Assembly: GCA_039683575.1 (NCBI GenBank)
Contig: JBDKRC010000027.1
Coordinates: 27,698 to 91,697 of the forward strand
Source of the DNA: Armatimonadia bacterium
Lineage (GTDB): Bacteria; Armatimonadota; Zipacnadia; Zipacnadales; UBA11051
DNA: 64,000 nt
Direction of reading: 5' to 3'
Positions 9,096 through 18,011 of the stretch are shown in pieces; the first letter of the stretch is position 1, and each line of letters starts with the position of its first letter. The position numbers and the translations under genes are program-made. The notes under the pieces were generated by a model. It did not search any database. It saw nothing but the letters and a program-made list of their open reading frames with translations, and had not been told where the DNA came from.

Positions 9096-9428
9096 ATGAG
9101 GCTTAGCGAGGAGCGCATCATGGCGCCGGTGGAAGGCAGTGAGCCGCTGAAGGTGTTTGAGGCCCAGAAGCTGGGCATGGAGGTGCCGGAGTGGACGCTG
9201 CACCGCGACCGGCTGGAGCGAATGTGGCGTTTTCCGACCTTCGAGGCGGCGCTGAGCTTCGTCATCGATGTGGCGCAGCTGGCGGCGAGGGCCAATCATC
9301 ACCCGGATATGCACATCTCGTACAAGACAGTGCGACTGGAGTTGTCTACGCACAAGATCGGCGGACTGTCCCGCAACGACTTCATCATGGCGGCGCAGAT
9401 CAACGAGATGGCGATGCAGCCGGCGTGA
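9096..9428 (+). CDS. phhB: Pterin-4-alpha-carbinolamine dehydratase (PCD/PhhB family)
   Basis: NHHPD and STHKIGGLSRNDF motifs; strong RBS GAGGAGG. Confidence 0.88.
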   Translation: MRLSEERIMAPVEGSEPLKVFEAQKLGMEVPEWTLHRDRLERMWRFPTFEAALSFVIDVAQLAARANHHPDMHISYKTVRLELSTHKIGGLSRNDFIMAAQINEMAMQPA

Positions 9429-9444
9429 CGAGGGGAGGCAGCTG

Positions 9445-10209
9445 ATGGCGGAGCGGGAGTTACGGGGGCAGGTGGCGCTGGTGACCGGCGCAGCGCGGCG
9501 CATCGGCAGGCATATCGCGCTGGCACTGGCCGCCGAGGGGATGGATATCGTCATCCACTATAACCGGTCAGAGGCGCAGGCGCGCGAACTACAGGAGACC
9601 ATTCAGGAGTGGGGCTCAACGGCATGGACGCTGCAGGCGAACTTCCGGGATGAGGGGCGCGCCCACAGGGTGATCGAACGGGCGGCGGACATGGCAGGAC
9701 GGCTGGACCTGCTGGTTAACAATGCGGCGAGCTTCGACGCCGAGCAAGTGCCGGAGTTGACGTTCGAGACCATGGTCGACGCCCTGGCGGTGGATGCGTG
9801 GGCGCCATTTGCGTTAAGCCGGGATTTCTGCGAACGAATCGGGCACGGGATGGTTATCAACCTGATCGACTCACGTGTTACCGACTACGATTTCAGCCAC
9901 ACGGGCTACATCCTGGCCAAACACGTACTGCTGAAGATGACAGAGATGCTGGCGCTGCAGTATGCGCCGCAGGTGCAGGTTAACGGCATTCTGCCGGGAC
10001 TGATCCTGCCCCCGCCGCATGAGGACGCGGCCTATCTCGACGCGCTGACGGATACGGTGCCCTTGAAGCGGCATGGCGATCCGGACGATGTGGCGGCAGC
10101 AGCGGTGTTTCTGGCCAAGAGCACGTTCATGACCGGAGCGATGATTCATGTGGACGGTGGGAGACGGCTCAAGGAATACGGGCACGGCAGCAGTTATCCA
10201 CATCAATGA
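9445..10209 (+). CDS. SDR of the pteridine reductase / FolM type
   Basis: TGAARRIG, IHYNRS, NNAASF, YILAK and VDGG motifs; pterin-operon context. Confidence 0.85.
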   Translation: MAERELRGQVALVTGAARRIGRHIALALAAEGMDIVIHYNRSEAQARELQETIQEWGSTAWTLQANFRDEGRAHRVIERAADMAGRLDLLVNNAASFDAEQVPELTFETMVDALAVDAWAPFALSRDFCERIGHGMVINLIDSRVTDYDFSHTGYILAKHVLLKMTEMLALQYAPQVQVNGILPGLILPPPHEDAAYLDALTDTVPLKRHGDPDDVAAAAVFLAKSTFMTGAMIHVDGGRRLKEYGHGSSYPHQ

Positions 10210-10549
10210 TCTGCTGGCCAGATGCGTGCTGGGGGTGTCGGCGGAGGAGCGGCGCGAGAAGCAGGACGTGGTGATTAACATGTCCGTGACCGCCGACGTG
10301 CTCGCCGCGGCTGCTGCGGATGACTTCGCCCAGACTCTGGACTACAGCGCGCTGAAGAAGCGGGTGTTTGAGTTTGTGGAGGCGTCGGAGTTCGTGCTGC
10401 TGGAGACGCTGACCGAGCGGGTAGCGACGCTTTGCCTGGAGTTTCCGCAGGCGTCCGGAGTGACGGTGCGCATAGAGAAGCCCTCGGCCCTGCGCTTTGC
10501 GCGAAGTGTGGCGGTCGAGATCACGAAGGAGCGGGAAGCAGCCTGGTAG
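10148..10549 (+). CDS. FolB/FolX-family tunnel-fold protein (dihydroneopterin aldolase/epimerase)
   Basis: GV..EER..KQDVVIN, DYS, LLETLT and KPSALRFARSV motifs. Start is either ATG 10148 or ACG 10184. Confidence 0.85.
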   Translation: MWTVGDGSRNTGTAAVIHINDLLARCVLGVSAEERREKQDVVINMSVTADVLAAAAADDFAQTLDYSALKKRVFEFVEASEFVLLETLTERVATLCLEFPQASGVTVRIEKPSALRFARSVAVEITKEREAAW

Positions 10550-11040
10550 CCACGCGCGCATACATCAGCTTTGGGTCTAATATCGCGCCGGAGGAGAATG
10601 TCCGGCGCGCACTGTTGCTGCTAACAAGGGAAATGCGGGTGGTTGGGCTGGCGACGGTGTACCGCACGAAGCCGGTGGGACGGCCGGAGCAAGGTGATTA
10701 TCTCAATGGTATCGTGGCGGTGGAGACTGAACTTGGCGAGGGGGAATTGCGGGCAGCGCTGCGGGAGATTGAGAGAAGACTGGGTCGGGTGCGGAGTGAG
10801 GACCGCTACGCCGCGCGGACGATGGACCTGGATCTGGTCGGATACGGGAAGACAGTGGCACAGGAGGCGAGCGAGCGGGCGTTTGTGGGGGTACCGCTGG
10901 CTGAGCTGGCGCCGGGGCTTTGTGTAAGTGGCGGAGAGGAGACCGTGGAAGAAGCGGCGGGACGGATGAGCCGTGAGGAGATGGTGGCGCTGCCGGAGTT
11001 GACGCGGCGGCTGCGAGAGGAGTTGGGCCTTGAACACTGA
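10543..11040 (+). CDS. folK: 6-hydroxymethyl-7,8-dihydropterin pyrophosphokinase (HPPK)-like protein
   Basis: [22 protein letters not shown] and RTMDLDL motifs. Start uncertain; CTG 10543 inferred. Confidence 0.82.
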   Translation: MVATRAYISFGSNIAPEENVRRALLLLTREMRVVGLATVYRTKPVGRPEQGDYLNGIVAVETELGEGELRAALREIERRLGRVRSEDRYAARTMDLDLVGYGKTVAQEASERAFVGVPLAELAPGLCVSGGEETVEEAAGRMSREEMVALPELTRRLREELGLEH

Positions 11041-11596
11041 GCGGGTTAAGAAGCTGGTGCAGGAGCTGTTGGCGGAGTTGGGCGAAGACCCTGAGCGGGA
11101 GGGACTGCGGGATACCCCACGCCGGGTAGCGGAGTCGCTTCACTTCCTGACCCAGGGCTACCATGAGACCGTGGAAGAGACAATAAGCGGTGCGATGTTC
11201 ACGCAACAGACGCACAACATGGTGCTCCTGCGCAATATCGAGCTATACAGCCTGTGCGAACACCACCTGCTACCGTTCTTCGGACAGGTGCACATTGGCT
11301 ATATCGCACGCGACCAGGTTGTGGGGATCAGCAAGTTGGCGCGCCTGGTGGACCTGTACGCGCGGCGGCTGCAGCTACAGGAGCGGCTCACGGAGCAGAT
11401 CGCACATGCGATGATGGAAATGGGAGTGGAGGGCGTGGGCGTGGTTGTTGAGGCACAGCACCTGTGCATGATGATGCGAGGAGTGCAGAAGCAGAATTCG
11501 GTGATGATCACGTCGGCGGTGCTGGGGGCATTTCGCGACAATGCCGTTACGCGCAACGAGTTCCTGAACCTGATTGGGCACAGTCTCGGGGCGTAA
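11030..11596 (+). CDS. folE: GTP cyclohydrolase I
   Basis: [28 protein letters not shown] and HLCMMMRGV motifs; TTG start after GAGGAG. Confidence 0.96.
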   Translation: MNTERVKKLVQELLAELGEDPEREGLRDTPRRVAESLHFLTQGYHETVEETISGAMFTQQTHNMVLLRNIELYSLCEHHLLPFFGQVHIGYIARDQVVGISKLARLVDLYARRLQLQERLTEQIAHAMMEMGVEGVGVVVEAQHLCMMMRGVQKQNSVMITSAVLGAFRDNAVTRNEFLNLIGHSLGA

Positions 11597-11621
11597 CGGA
11601 TTGCGCGACTGAGGGACGCAC

Positions 11622-11692
11622 AAAAGGGAGCGTAAGCGCTCTCTCCCGCTGGTCCCGTAGTGGGAGAGAAGCCTACGCTCCCGAAACGTTTG
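11622..11692 (-). terminator. Long imperfect hairpin between convergent folE and moaA-like genes
   Basis: gggagcgtaagc-gctctctcccgct...agtgggagagaa-gcctacgctccc, followed by a T-run on the minus strand. Confidence 0.55.
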
Positions 11693-11747
11693 TGAGGATC
11701 ACCACCGGTCCGGCCTCTGGAGAGTCCTCCCACCTACTTGAGGTAGG

Positions 11748-12698
11748 TTAGCCGCCGAGACGACGGCGGGATGGTTGGGTCAGTGGCAACACCGGGCAGT
11801 GCGCTGGTTTGGCTGCGACGGCTTGGCGCAGGAGAGCCTGCAGGCGCTGCGGATGGTGCAGGGCCGGTCGCAGGTCTACTACGATGGGATCGATGGCGCA
11901 GCCGTGTGCGCGGCCGTCCACCGTCACAGGGACGCGGTGGCAGCGGGTACAGCCGGGGGCACGCTGCCAGCCGAGGAGGCCTACCGTGCCGAGGGCCAGC
12001 GGGATGTGGTATAGATCGGTGATGCCGGGGCTGGTCACAGGATGCAATTCACCCAGCCGCCACAGTTCCTGCGCGACCTCGGCCAGCGGTACGTGAAGCG
12101 CCTGGTAATCAGGGCCCACAGGAGGGTACTCCAGGAAGCGGACTTGCCAACGGTTGCGAGTAGTCAGGTCGGCAAGCTCCCCTATTTCTCCATCATTGAG
12201 GCCGCGACTGATTACGGCGTTGAGCCTGATGGGGCCCAATCCGGCTGCTTCGGCGGCGGCGAGGCCTTCCCAGACGGCGGGGAGGCAGTCTGAGCCGGTC
12301 AGGAGGCGATAGGTCCTGGGGTTGCGGCTGTCCAGGCGCACGTTGAGGCGCTGGAGGCCGGCGAGTGCCAGCGGCCGGGCCTGATCGGCGAGAAGCGTAC
12401 CGTTGGTGGTCAGCGCCACCTCCGAGATGCCGGGCACCGTGGCGACGACGTGCACAAGGTCAATGATATCAGGCCGCAGGAGCGGATCGCCACCGGTGAG
12501 ACGGACGCGGGTGAAGCCGAGGTGGGCGGCTGCGGTCACGATTGCGCGCAAGTCTTCGAGAGCGGGAGCGGGAGGTGAGGCTGGGGAGGTGCAGCAGAGG
12601 CAGCGCACGTTGCAGGCGCCCCAGACGGACAGGTGCAGGCTGTCTACGCGCCTGCCCCTCCTGTCCGACACGCACTGCCCCTGCCCTGCTCTGTCCAT
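11748..12698 (-). CDS. Divergent MoaA-like radical SAM protein
   Basis: CNVRCLCC, RLTGGDPLLR, C-terminal CxxC-x13-C and terminal GG. Several conserved residues are substituted. Confidence 0.8.
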   Translation of the reverse strand: MDRAGQGQCVSDRRGRRVDSLHLSVWGACNVRCLCCTSPASPPAPALEDLRAIVTAAAHLGFTRVRLTGGDPLLRPDIIDLVHVVATVPGISEVALTTNGTLLADQARPLALAGLQRLNVRLDSRNPRTYRLLTGSDCLPAVWEGLAAAEAAGLGPIRLNAVISRGLNDGEIGELADLTTRNRWQVRFLEYPPVGPDYQALHVPLAEVAQELWRLGELHPVTSPGITDLYHIPLALGTVGLLGWQRAPGCTRCHRVPVTVDGRAHGCAIDPIVVDLRPALHHPQRLQALLRQAVAAKPAHCPVLPLTQPSRRRLGG

Positions 12699-12765
12699 GA
12701 TTGCTCCTGGGCTGAAGGACGGACGGGGAGGAGCGGGGGTTCAAGACGGAGGCGACGCGGTAGTC

Positions 12766-12781
12766 GCGATCAATTGATCGC
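12766..12781. promoter_or_regulatory. Perfect 16-bp palindrome, candidate operator upstream of the moaA-like gene
   Basis: GCGATCAATTGATCGC in the intergenic region. Confidence 0.35.
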
Positions 12782-12813
12782 TCGTACACGGGAGATTCAT
12801 CTGGTGGGTCGGG

Positions 12814-13947
12814 CTATTTCAGCCAGCGGTCGAGCCAGTCGAAGGCCTTCTCCTGCATCGGGACGTTGAACTCGTGCGGACCGTCGTAGGTGACGCCCTG
12901 GAAGCGGTCGGGGACGCCGGCCTTGGCGTAGACCTTGCTGATCTTGTCGTACGCCTGCTGCACGCCCTCGTTGGTGAAGAGGCCGTCCTGGGTGCCCTGG
13001 ATGCACATCAGGCCAGCGGGCGCGGCCATGCTGACGACGTCTGGGAGGTCTTGATACTGCCACAGTCCGGGAATCAGGCCCCAGTAGCCGATGCTGGTGA
13101 GTTTGGCCTTGAGCATGGCCTCGTAGGAGCACATCCAGCCGCAGACGACGGCGGCCTTGACGCGGGGGTGCAGGCCCGCCAGATGGGCCGAGCGGAAGCC
13201 GCCGACCGAGAGACCGCAGCAGCCGAGACGGTCGGGGTCAACCTCGGGGCGGGTCGCGAGATAGTCCATGGTGCGGTAATCGTCCATGAACATCACGCCG
13301 GCCCAGGTGACGCCGGCTTCGAACAGGCCGACGGCGGTGCGGCCGGTGAAGTCGCCACTGCGGCGGTGGAAGGCTCCGATCTCCTCCTCGCTCATCTTCT
13401 CGGGATCGCGCCAGGACGGGGGATCTTCGTCGAGGACGAGGCGGCGCTCGCCCCAGTAGAACATGTCAATGACCAGGACGACATAGCCCCGCCGCGCGAG
13501 TTCGCTGGCCCAGCTTCGTCCGCCGTACCCCATCTTCTTGAAGCCCGTCAGTGCCGGGTGCTCGTTTTCCACCTCGACGATCTTCTCTTTGCCCCACGCG
13601 AAGAAGGCGCCATGGTCGTGCAGGCCGACGATGCCTGGACAGGGGCGCGGGGCGTTGTCGGGGATAAGCAGAAAGGCGGGCACGCGGATGTGAGACGTAG
13701 TGTTGAAGTAGAGCTTCTCACGGACGTAGCCACGGCACTGGACGCGCTCCACGACCTCTGGGGCCGGGGCGACAGGCGGGGGATCGTAGTGCAGAAGCCC
13801 CCGGAGGTTGGCGCGGGCCTCGGTCTTCCAGGCTTCGAGGTCGGTGAAGCCGGGGTTGAGGTAGGATAGCGATAGCGACGAGTCATCGAGGAGTTGGCGG
13901 GTGAAGGGGTACAGAGTGCCGAGTTGGGCGCCGGGGGTGATTTCCAT
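12814..13947 (-). CDS. Alpha/beta hydrolase (dienelactone hydrolase-like)
   Basis: HDHG, GLSVGG nucleophile elbow, QD..F and GPHEF motifs. Confidence 0.85.
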   Translation of the reverse strand: MEITPGAQLGTLYPFTRQLLDDSSLSLSYLNPGFTDLEAWKTEARANLRGLLHYDPPPVAPAPEVVERVQCRGYVREKLYFNTTSHIRVPAFLLIPDNAPRPCPGIVGLHDHGAFFAWGKEKIVEVENEHPALTGFKKMGYGGRSWASELARRGYVVLVIDMFYWGERRLVLDEDPPSWRDPEKMSEEEIGAFHRRSGDFTGRTAVGLFEAGVTWAGVMFMDDYRTMDYLATRPEVDPDRLGCCGLSVGGFRSAHLAGLHPRVKAAVVCGWMCSYEAMLKAKLTSIGYWGLIPGLWQYQDLPDVVSMAAPAGLMCIQGTQDGLFTNEGVQQAYDKISKVYAKAGVPDRFQGVTYDGPHEFNVPMQEKAFDWLDRWLK

Positions 13948-14048
13948 AGCAGATGAGCCTCCGCGGGAGATGGTGGAGTATTCGACGTGTTGGGTGGTAG
14001 TGCCTTCTGGGAGGACGAGAGCTGATAGGCGGGGAACTTTCTCCCGCT

Positions 14049-16265
14049 ATGAAGAAGCATTCCCACATCCTGCTGCCCCTCGCAGTGTTCGTGCTCGCGC
14101 TGGGCGTGCGGCTGGTCTACCTGCTGCAGCTTCGCCACTCGCCCGGGTTCGCGTGCCCGATCATGGACGCGGCGTACCATGACCAGTGGGCGCGACAGAT
14201 TGCGGCGGGTGACTGGGTGGGTCGCGAGGCATTCTTTCGCGCTCCGCTATACCCTTACTTCCTGGGGACGATGTACGCCGTCTTTGGGACGAATTACCTG
14301 GCAGTGCGGGTGGTACAGTTTGTGCTGGGGGCGCTGACGTGTGTGCTCATCTACTGGCTGGGGCTCAGCACGCGCGGGCGCGCAGTTGGCTTGCTTGCAG
14401 GGCTGGGCGCGGCGCTCTATGGGCCGATGATCTACTACGTGGGGGAACTGCAGCTACCGGTGCTGGAAACGCTGTTTGCGGCAGGTCTGCTGCTGTCAGT
14501 GGCGGTGGCGATGAAGCGGCCGGAGCGGATGGGGCCGTGGGCTATGGCGGGCTTGAGCGTAGGGCTGTTTGCGCTCACGCGGCCCAATGTGCTGGTGTTT
14601 GTGCCGGTGCTGGCGATCTATATGCTGCTGAGGCTGGAGCGGAAGGCGGCCTGGAGGGGGATTGGGGTTCTGGCGCTGGTGACTGCGGTTTGTATCGCTC
14701 CGGCGACGATACGGAACTATGTGGTCAGTCATGACTTTGTGCTGATCTCGTCGCAGGCGGGCGTGAACCTGTATATCGGCAACAACCCGCAGTCGGACGG
14801 GGTGACGGCGGTGGTGCCGGGGACGCGGGCGACGTGGTGGGGAGGGTACCGGGACACCATCAACATCGCCGAGCGGGCGGCGGGGCGGGCTCTGAAGCCT
14901 TCCGAGGTATCGGGGTACTGGATGAGGCAGGCGCTGGGGTTCATCGCGTCCCAGCCGGTCGAGGCCCTGCGGCTGACGCTGAAGAAGACGTTCCTGTTCT
15001 GGTATGGGCATGAGCTTGGCAACAATGAGGTGGTATATGCGGCGACGTGGCACTCGCCGCTGCTGGGGGCGCTAATGTGGCGGTGGGGGCCGTGGCGGTT
15101 CCCGTTTGGGTTGCTGGGACCGGTGGCGCTGGTCGGGATGGGACTGGTGCTGTTCCGGCGTGAGCAGTCGCTGATGCCCTCGGCCCTCTTTGTGCTGGCA
15201 TACAGCGCGTCGGTGATCGCGTTCTTTGTCTGCTCACGGTATCGCATTCCATGTATGCCGGCGCTGCTCGTGTTGGCGGCGTATGCGGTGGTGGAAGCGG
15301 TGCAGGGGGCGCGAGGGAAGCAGTACCGGCTCCTGCTGGGGATGGTCGTGGTGGCGACAGGGCTGATCCTGCTGTTGAATCATGACTTCTATGGCGCGGG
15401 GGGCCTTGATCTGGAGAAGGCGCACCTGGACGATGCGTTCCGTTACGGGCAGATCGGGAAGGTCGCTGAGGCGGAGCGGGAGTACAGGCTGGCGATTGCA
15501 GCGGAGCCGACGCGGATTGAGCCGCGGTTCGGGCTGGCGCGGCTGCTGTACAAGCAGCAGCGCCTCGATGAAGCCAAAGAGCTATACCGTGGGGTGCTGA
15601 GCCAGGACCCGAACCGGTGGGAGGCGCTGGTGGGGATGGCGGAGGTGCTGGGGGCGGAGAAACGGCCCGGAGAGGCCATTCCGCTGCTGCGGCGGGCGAT
15701 TGCACTGGACCCGGCGGGCACGGAGGCATACGGGGTGCTGGCGGGGTGCCTGCAGGCGATGGGGCGCAAGGCCGAGGCGGAGCAGACGCTCCTGAGCGCA
15801 CCGCGCGACGAGGCTGGTGGGGAACTGATTGACCGTCAGCTCGCGCAGGCGGCCTTTGAGAAGGGGGACTATGCAGGGGCGGAGGAGCTTTACCGGAAGG
15901 CGCTGGCACGCCAGCCGGGGGATGCAGCGACGCTATTGCTGCTCGCGCAGAGCCTGCTGAGCCAGAGCAAGCTGGCAGAAGCGGAGGAGGCGGCTCGAAA
16001 GTCCCTGGATGCAAGGCAGAGCGCCGAGGCGTGGCAAGTTGTGGCGATTTGCCGGATCAGCCAGAATGATGCACAGGGGGCCATGGTAGCAGCGACGCGG
16101 GCGGTGGAGTTGGACCCGGCGGCGCTGCAGGCGCGGTTCATCCTGGCGGGATGCCTGTACGAGCGAGGACAGCGGGAGGCTGCGGCCAAGCACTGTAAGG
16201 AGATCCTGCGCCAGCAGCCGGGCTTCAAGCCGGCAAAGGACTTGCTGGAGCATTTGGGACAATAG
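14049..16265 (+). CDS. GT-C (PMT_2/ArnT-like) membrane glycosyltransferase with C-terminal TPR repeats
   Basis: D...Y...A, PLYPYFL, LTRPN, NLYIGNNP and RYRIP motifs, many TM segments, then TPR-like repeats. Confidence 0.85.
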   Translation: MKKHSHILLPLAVFVLALGVRLVYLLQLRHSPGFACPIMDAAYHDQWARQIAAGDWVGREAFFRAPLYPYFLGTMYAVFGTNYLAVRVVQFVLGALTCVLIYWLGLSTRGRAVGLLAGLGAALYGPMIYYVGELQLPVLETLFAAGLLLSVAVAMKRPERMGPWAMAGLSVGLFALTRPNVLVFVPVLAIYMLLRLERKAAWRGIGVLALVTAVCIAPATIRNYVVSHDFVLISSQAGVNLYIGNNPQSDGVTAVVPGTRATWWGGYRDTINIAERAAGRALKPSEVSGYWMRQALGFIASQPVEALRLTLKKTFLFWYGHELGNNEVVYAATWHSPLLGALMWRWGPWRFPFGLLGPVALVGMGLVLFRREQSLMPSALFVLAYSASVIAFFVCSRYRIPCMPALLVLAAYAVVEAVQGARGKQYRLLLGMVVVATGLILLLNHDFYGAGGLDLEKAHLDDAFRYGQIGKVAEAEREYRLAIAAEPTRIEPRFGLARLLYKQQRLDEAKELYRGVLSQDPNRWEALVGMAEVLGAEKRPGEAIPLLRRAIALDPAGTEAYGVLAGCLQAMGRKAEAEQTLLSAPRDEAGGELIDRQLAQAAFEKGDYAGAEELYRKALARQPGDAATLLLLAQSLLSQSKLAEAEEAARKSLDARQSAEAWQVVAICRISQNDAQGAMVAATRAVELDPAALQARFILAGCLYERGQREAAAKHCKEILRQQPGFKPAKDLLEHLGQ

Positions 16266-16333
16266 AGCCGGAGGTTTGCCACGAGCCTACGCCGAAGCAG
16301 TCAACATCACGCCGCATCTGCAGGAGGTCTGTC

Positions 16334-17920
16334 ATGTACCGACTCACCATTCCGTTGCTGTTGCTGTGTGCTGCTCTCGCGAGCGCACAAACTGTGTGGG
16401 TGGCATCGCCGTGGGAGCACGTTCTGAAGACGTCCGAGCCGGGGACGGTGACGGCGGCGACACTGCAGTCTGCTGCCAATGAGTACGAGCCTTTCCGCGT
16501 GATCGTGCGGGCGGGCGAGACGGCGTTGCCGAACGTAACCCTCAAGGCCTCGGCTCTCAATGGACCGAAGGGAAGCATTGCGGCCAGGGACCTGACACTC
16601 TTCAGGGAGTACTATCTGAACGTATCCGCGCCCAGCCTGCGCTCGACCGCGCCGACGGGATGGTACCCGGACGCGTTGATCCCGTTTGTGGACCCCATCA
16701 CGGGCAAAGATATCGAAGGCGCGAAGTATGACGCCACGCCGTACACCATCGAGCCCAGCAGCAATCAGGGGTACTGGATCGACGTCCATGTGCCGAAGGG
16801 GACGGCGCCCGGGGACTACAGGGGCACGGTGACCGTGACCTCGGCGGGCAAGACAGTCGCGACGGTGCCGGTGTCGCTGACGGTTTGGGGCTTTGAACTC
16901 CCCGAGACCATTGCCATGCAGTCGAACTTCGGTAGCCTGGGCAGCCGGCTGGCCAAGAAGAACAACCTGCAGCCCAACTCACCCGAACTGGCAGCGACCG
17001 AGGACTTGTACATCGATGAGTTCCTGGCGCACCGCGCCGTGCCGGGGAGCCTCGGCAACATCTGGCCTACGGTCAAGGATGACGGAACTGTCGATGACAG
17101 CCAGACGGGGGCGCGACTACGGGACCTCGTAGTGAACAAGCACGTGAACGCGCTGAAGCTGCCGTTCTCGATGAGTGATCCCGAGAAGTGCAAGCGGGAC
17201 CTGCGGGCGTATGCGAAGTACCTGCGTGAGAAGGGTTGGCTCAAGCTGGCGTATGTATACATGCGGGATGAGCCTAACAATGCAGAGGACTATGAGACGG
17301 TACGCAAGCAGGGGGCGTTGATCAAGAAGGCCGACCCGGAAATTGGGCGGATGTGCACCGAGCAGACGATCAGCTCGAACCCTGAGTGGGGCAACCTGTA
17401 CGGCGCAGTCAACATCTGGTGCCCACTGTGGGGGCTTTGGGACGAGCCGACAGCCAAAGAGCGGTTGGCAGCAGGCGAGCGGCTGTGGAGTTACACAGCG
17501 CTCTGCCAGGGCAATGCGCCATTTTGGCAGGTAGACTTCGCACCGGTGAGTTTCCGCGCGCCGTTCTGGATTAGCTGGCGCTATGACATCGAGGGCTTCC
17601 TGTACTGGTCAAGCATCTACTGGGACGCGTATGAGGACGTGTGGAACAACCCGCACTTCCGCGACAAGTACTGGGGCGAGGGCATGCTGGTCTACCCGGG
17701 CCTTGAAGCCGGGATCAAGGGACCGGTAACGTCCATACGGCTCAAGCTCGTGCGCGAGGCGCTCGAGGACTTTGAGTACATGACGCTGGCGGCGAAGCAG
17801 GGCAAGGGCGAGCGCGTGGACCACATCGTCAACAGCGTGGTGCAGTCGTTCCAGGTGTGGGATCACAATCCAGAGGAGTATGCGAAGGCACGAGAGAGGC
17901 TGGCGCGGCTCATCCAGTAG
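16334..17920 (+). CDS. Secreted DUF4091 / GH123-like glycoside hydrolase domain protein
   Basis: Signal peptide; NEYEPF, YPDALIP, DEP, GFLYW, G.LVYPG and SIRLKL.RE..ED.EY motifs. Confidence 0.8.
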   Translation: MYRLTIPLLLLCAALASAQTVWVASPWEHVLKTSEPGTVTAATLQSAANEYEPFRVIVRAGETALPNVTLKASALNGPKGSIAARDLTLFREYYLNVSAPSLRSTAPTGWYPDALIPFVDPITGKDIEGAKYDATPYTIEPSSNQGYWIDVHVPKGTAPGDYRGTVTVTSAGKTVATVPVSLTVWGFELPETIAMQSNFGSLGSRLAKKNNLQPNSPELAATEDLYIDEFLAHRAVPGSLGNIWPTVKDDGTVDDSQTGARLRDLVVNKHVNALKLPFSMSDPEKCKRDLRAYAKYLREKGWLKLAYVYMRDEPNNAEDYETVRKQGALIKKADPEIGRMCTEQTISSNPEWGNLYGAVNIWCPLWGLWDEPTAKERLAAGERLWSYTALCQGNAPFWQVDFAPVSFRAPFWISWRYDIEGFLYWSSIYWDAYEDVWNNPHFRDKYWGEGMLVYPGLEAGIKGPVTSIRLKLVREALEDFEYMTLAAKQGKGERVDHIVNSVVQSFQVWDHNPEEYAKARERLARLIQ

Positions 17921-17953
17921 CGGACGGCGTTGATAGCTGATAGCAAAGGCAAG

Positions 17954-17993
17954 AAAGCGGGGACCGACACTGTGTCGGTCCCCGCTTTGTTTT
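17954..17993. terminator. Bidirectional intrinsic terminator
   Basis: aaagcggggaccgacac/gtgtcggtccccgcttt perfect stem between convergent genes. Confidence 0.8.
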
Positions 17994-18011
17994 GGGTGGG
18001 TTCCCTCTGCC

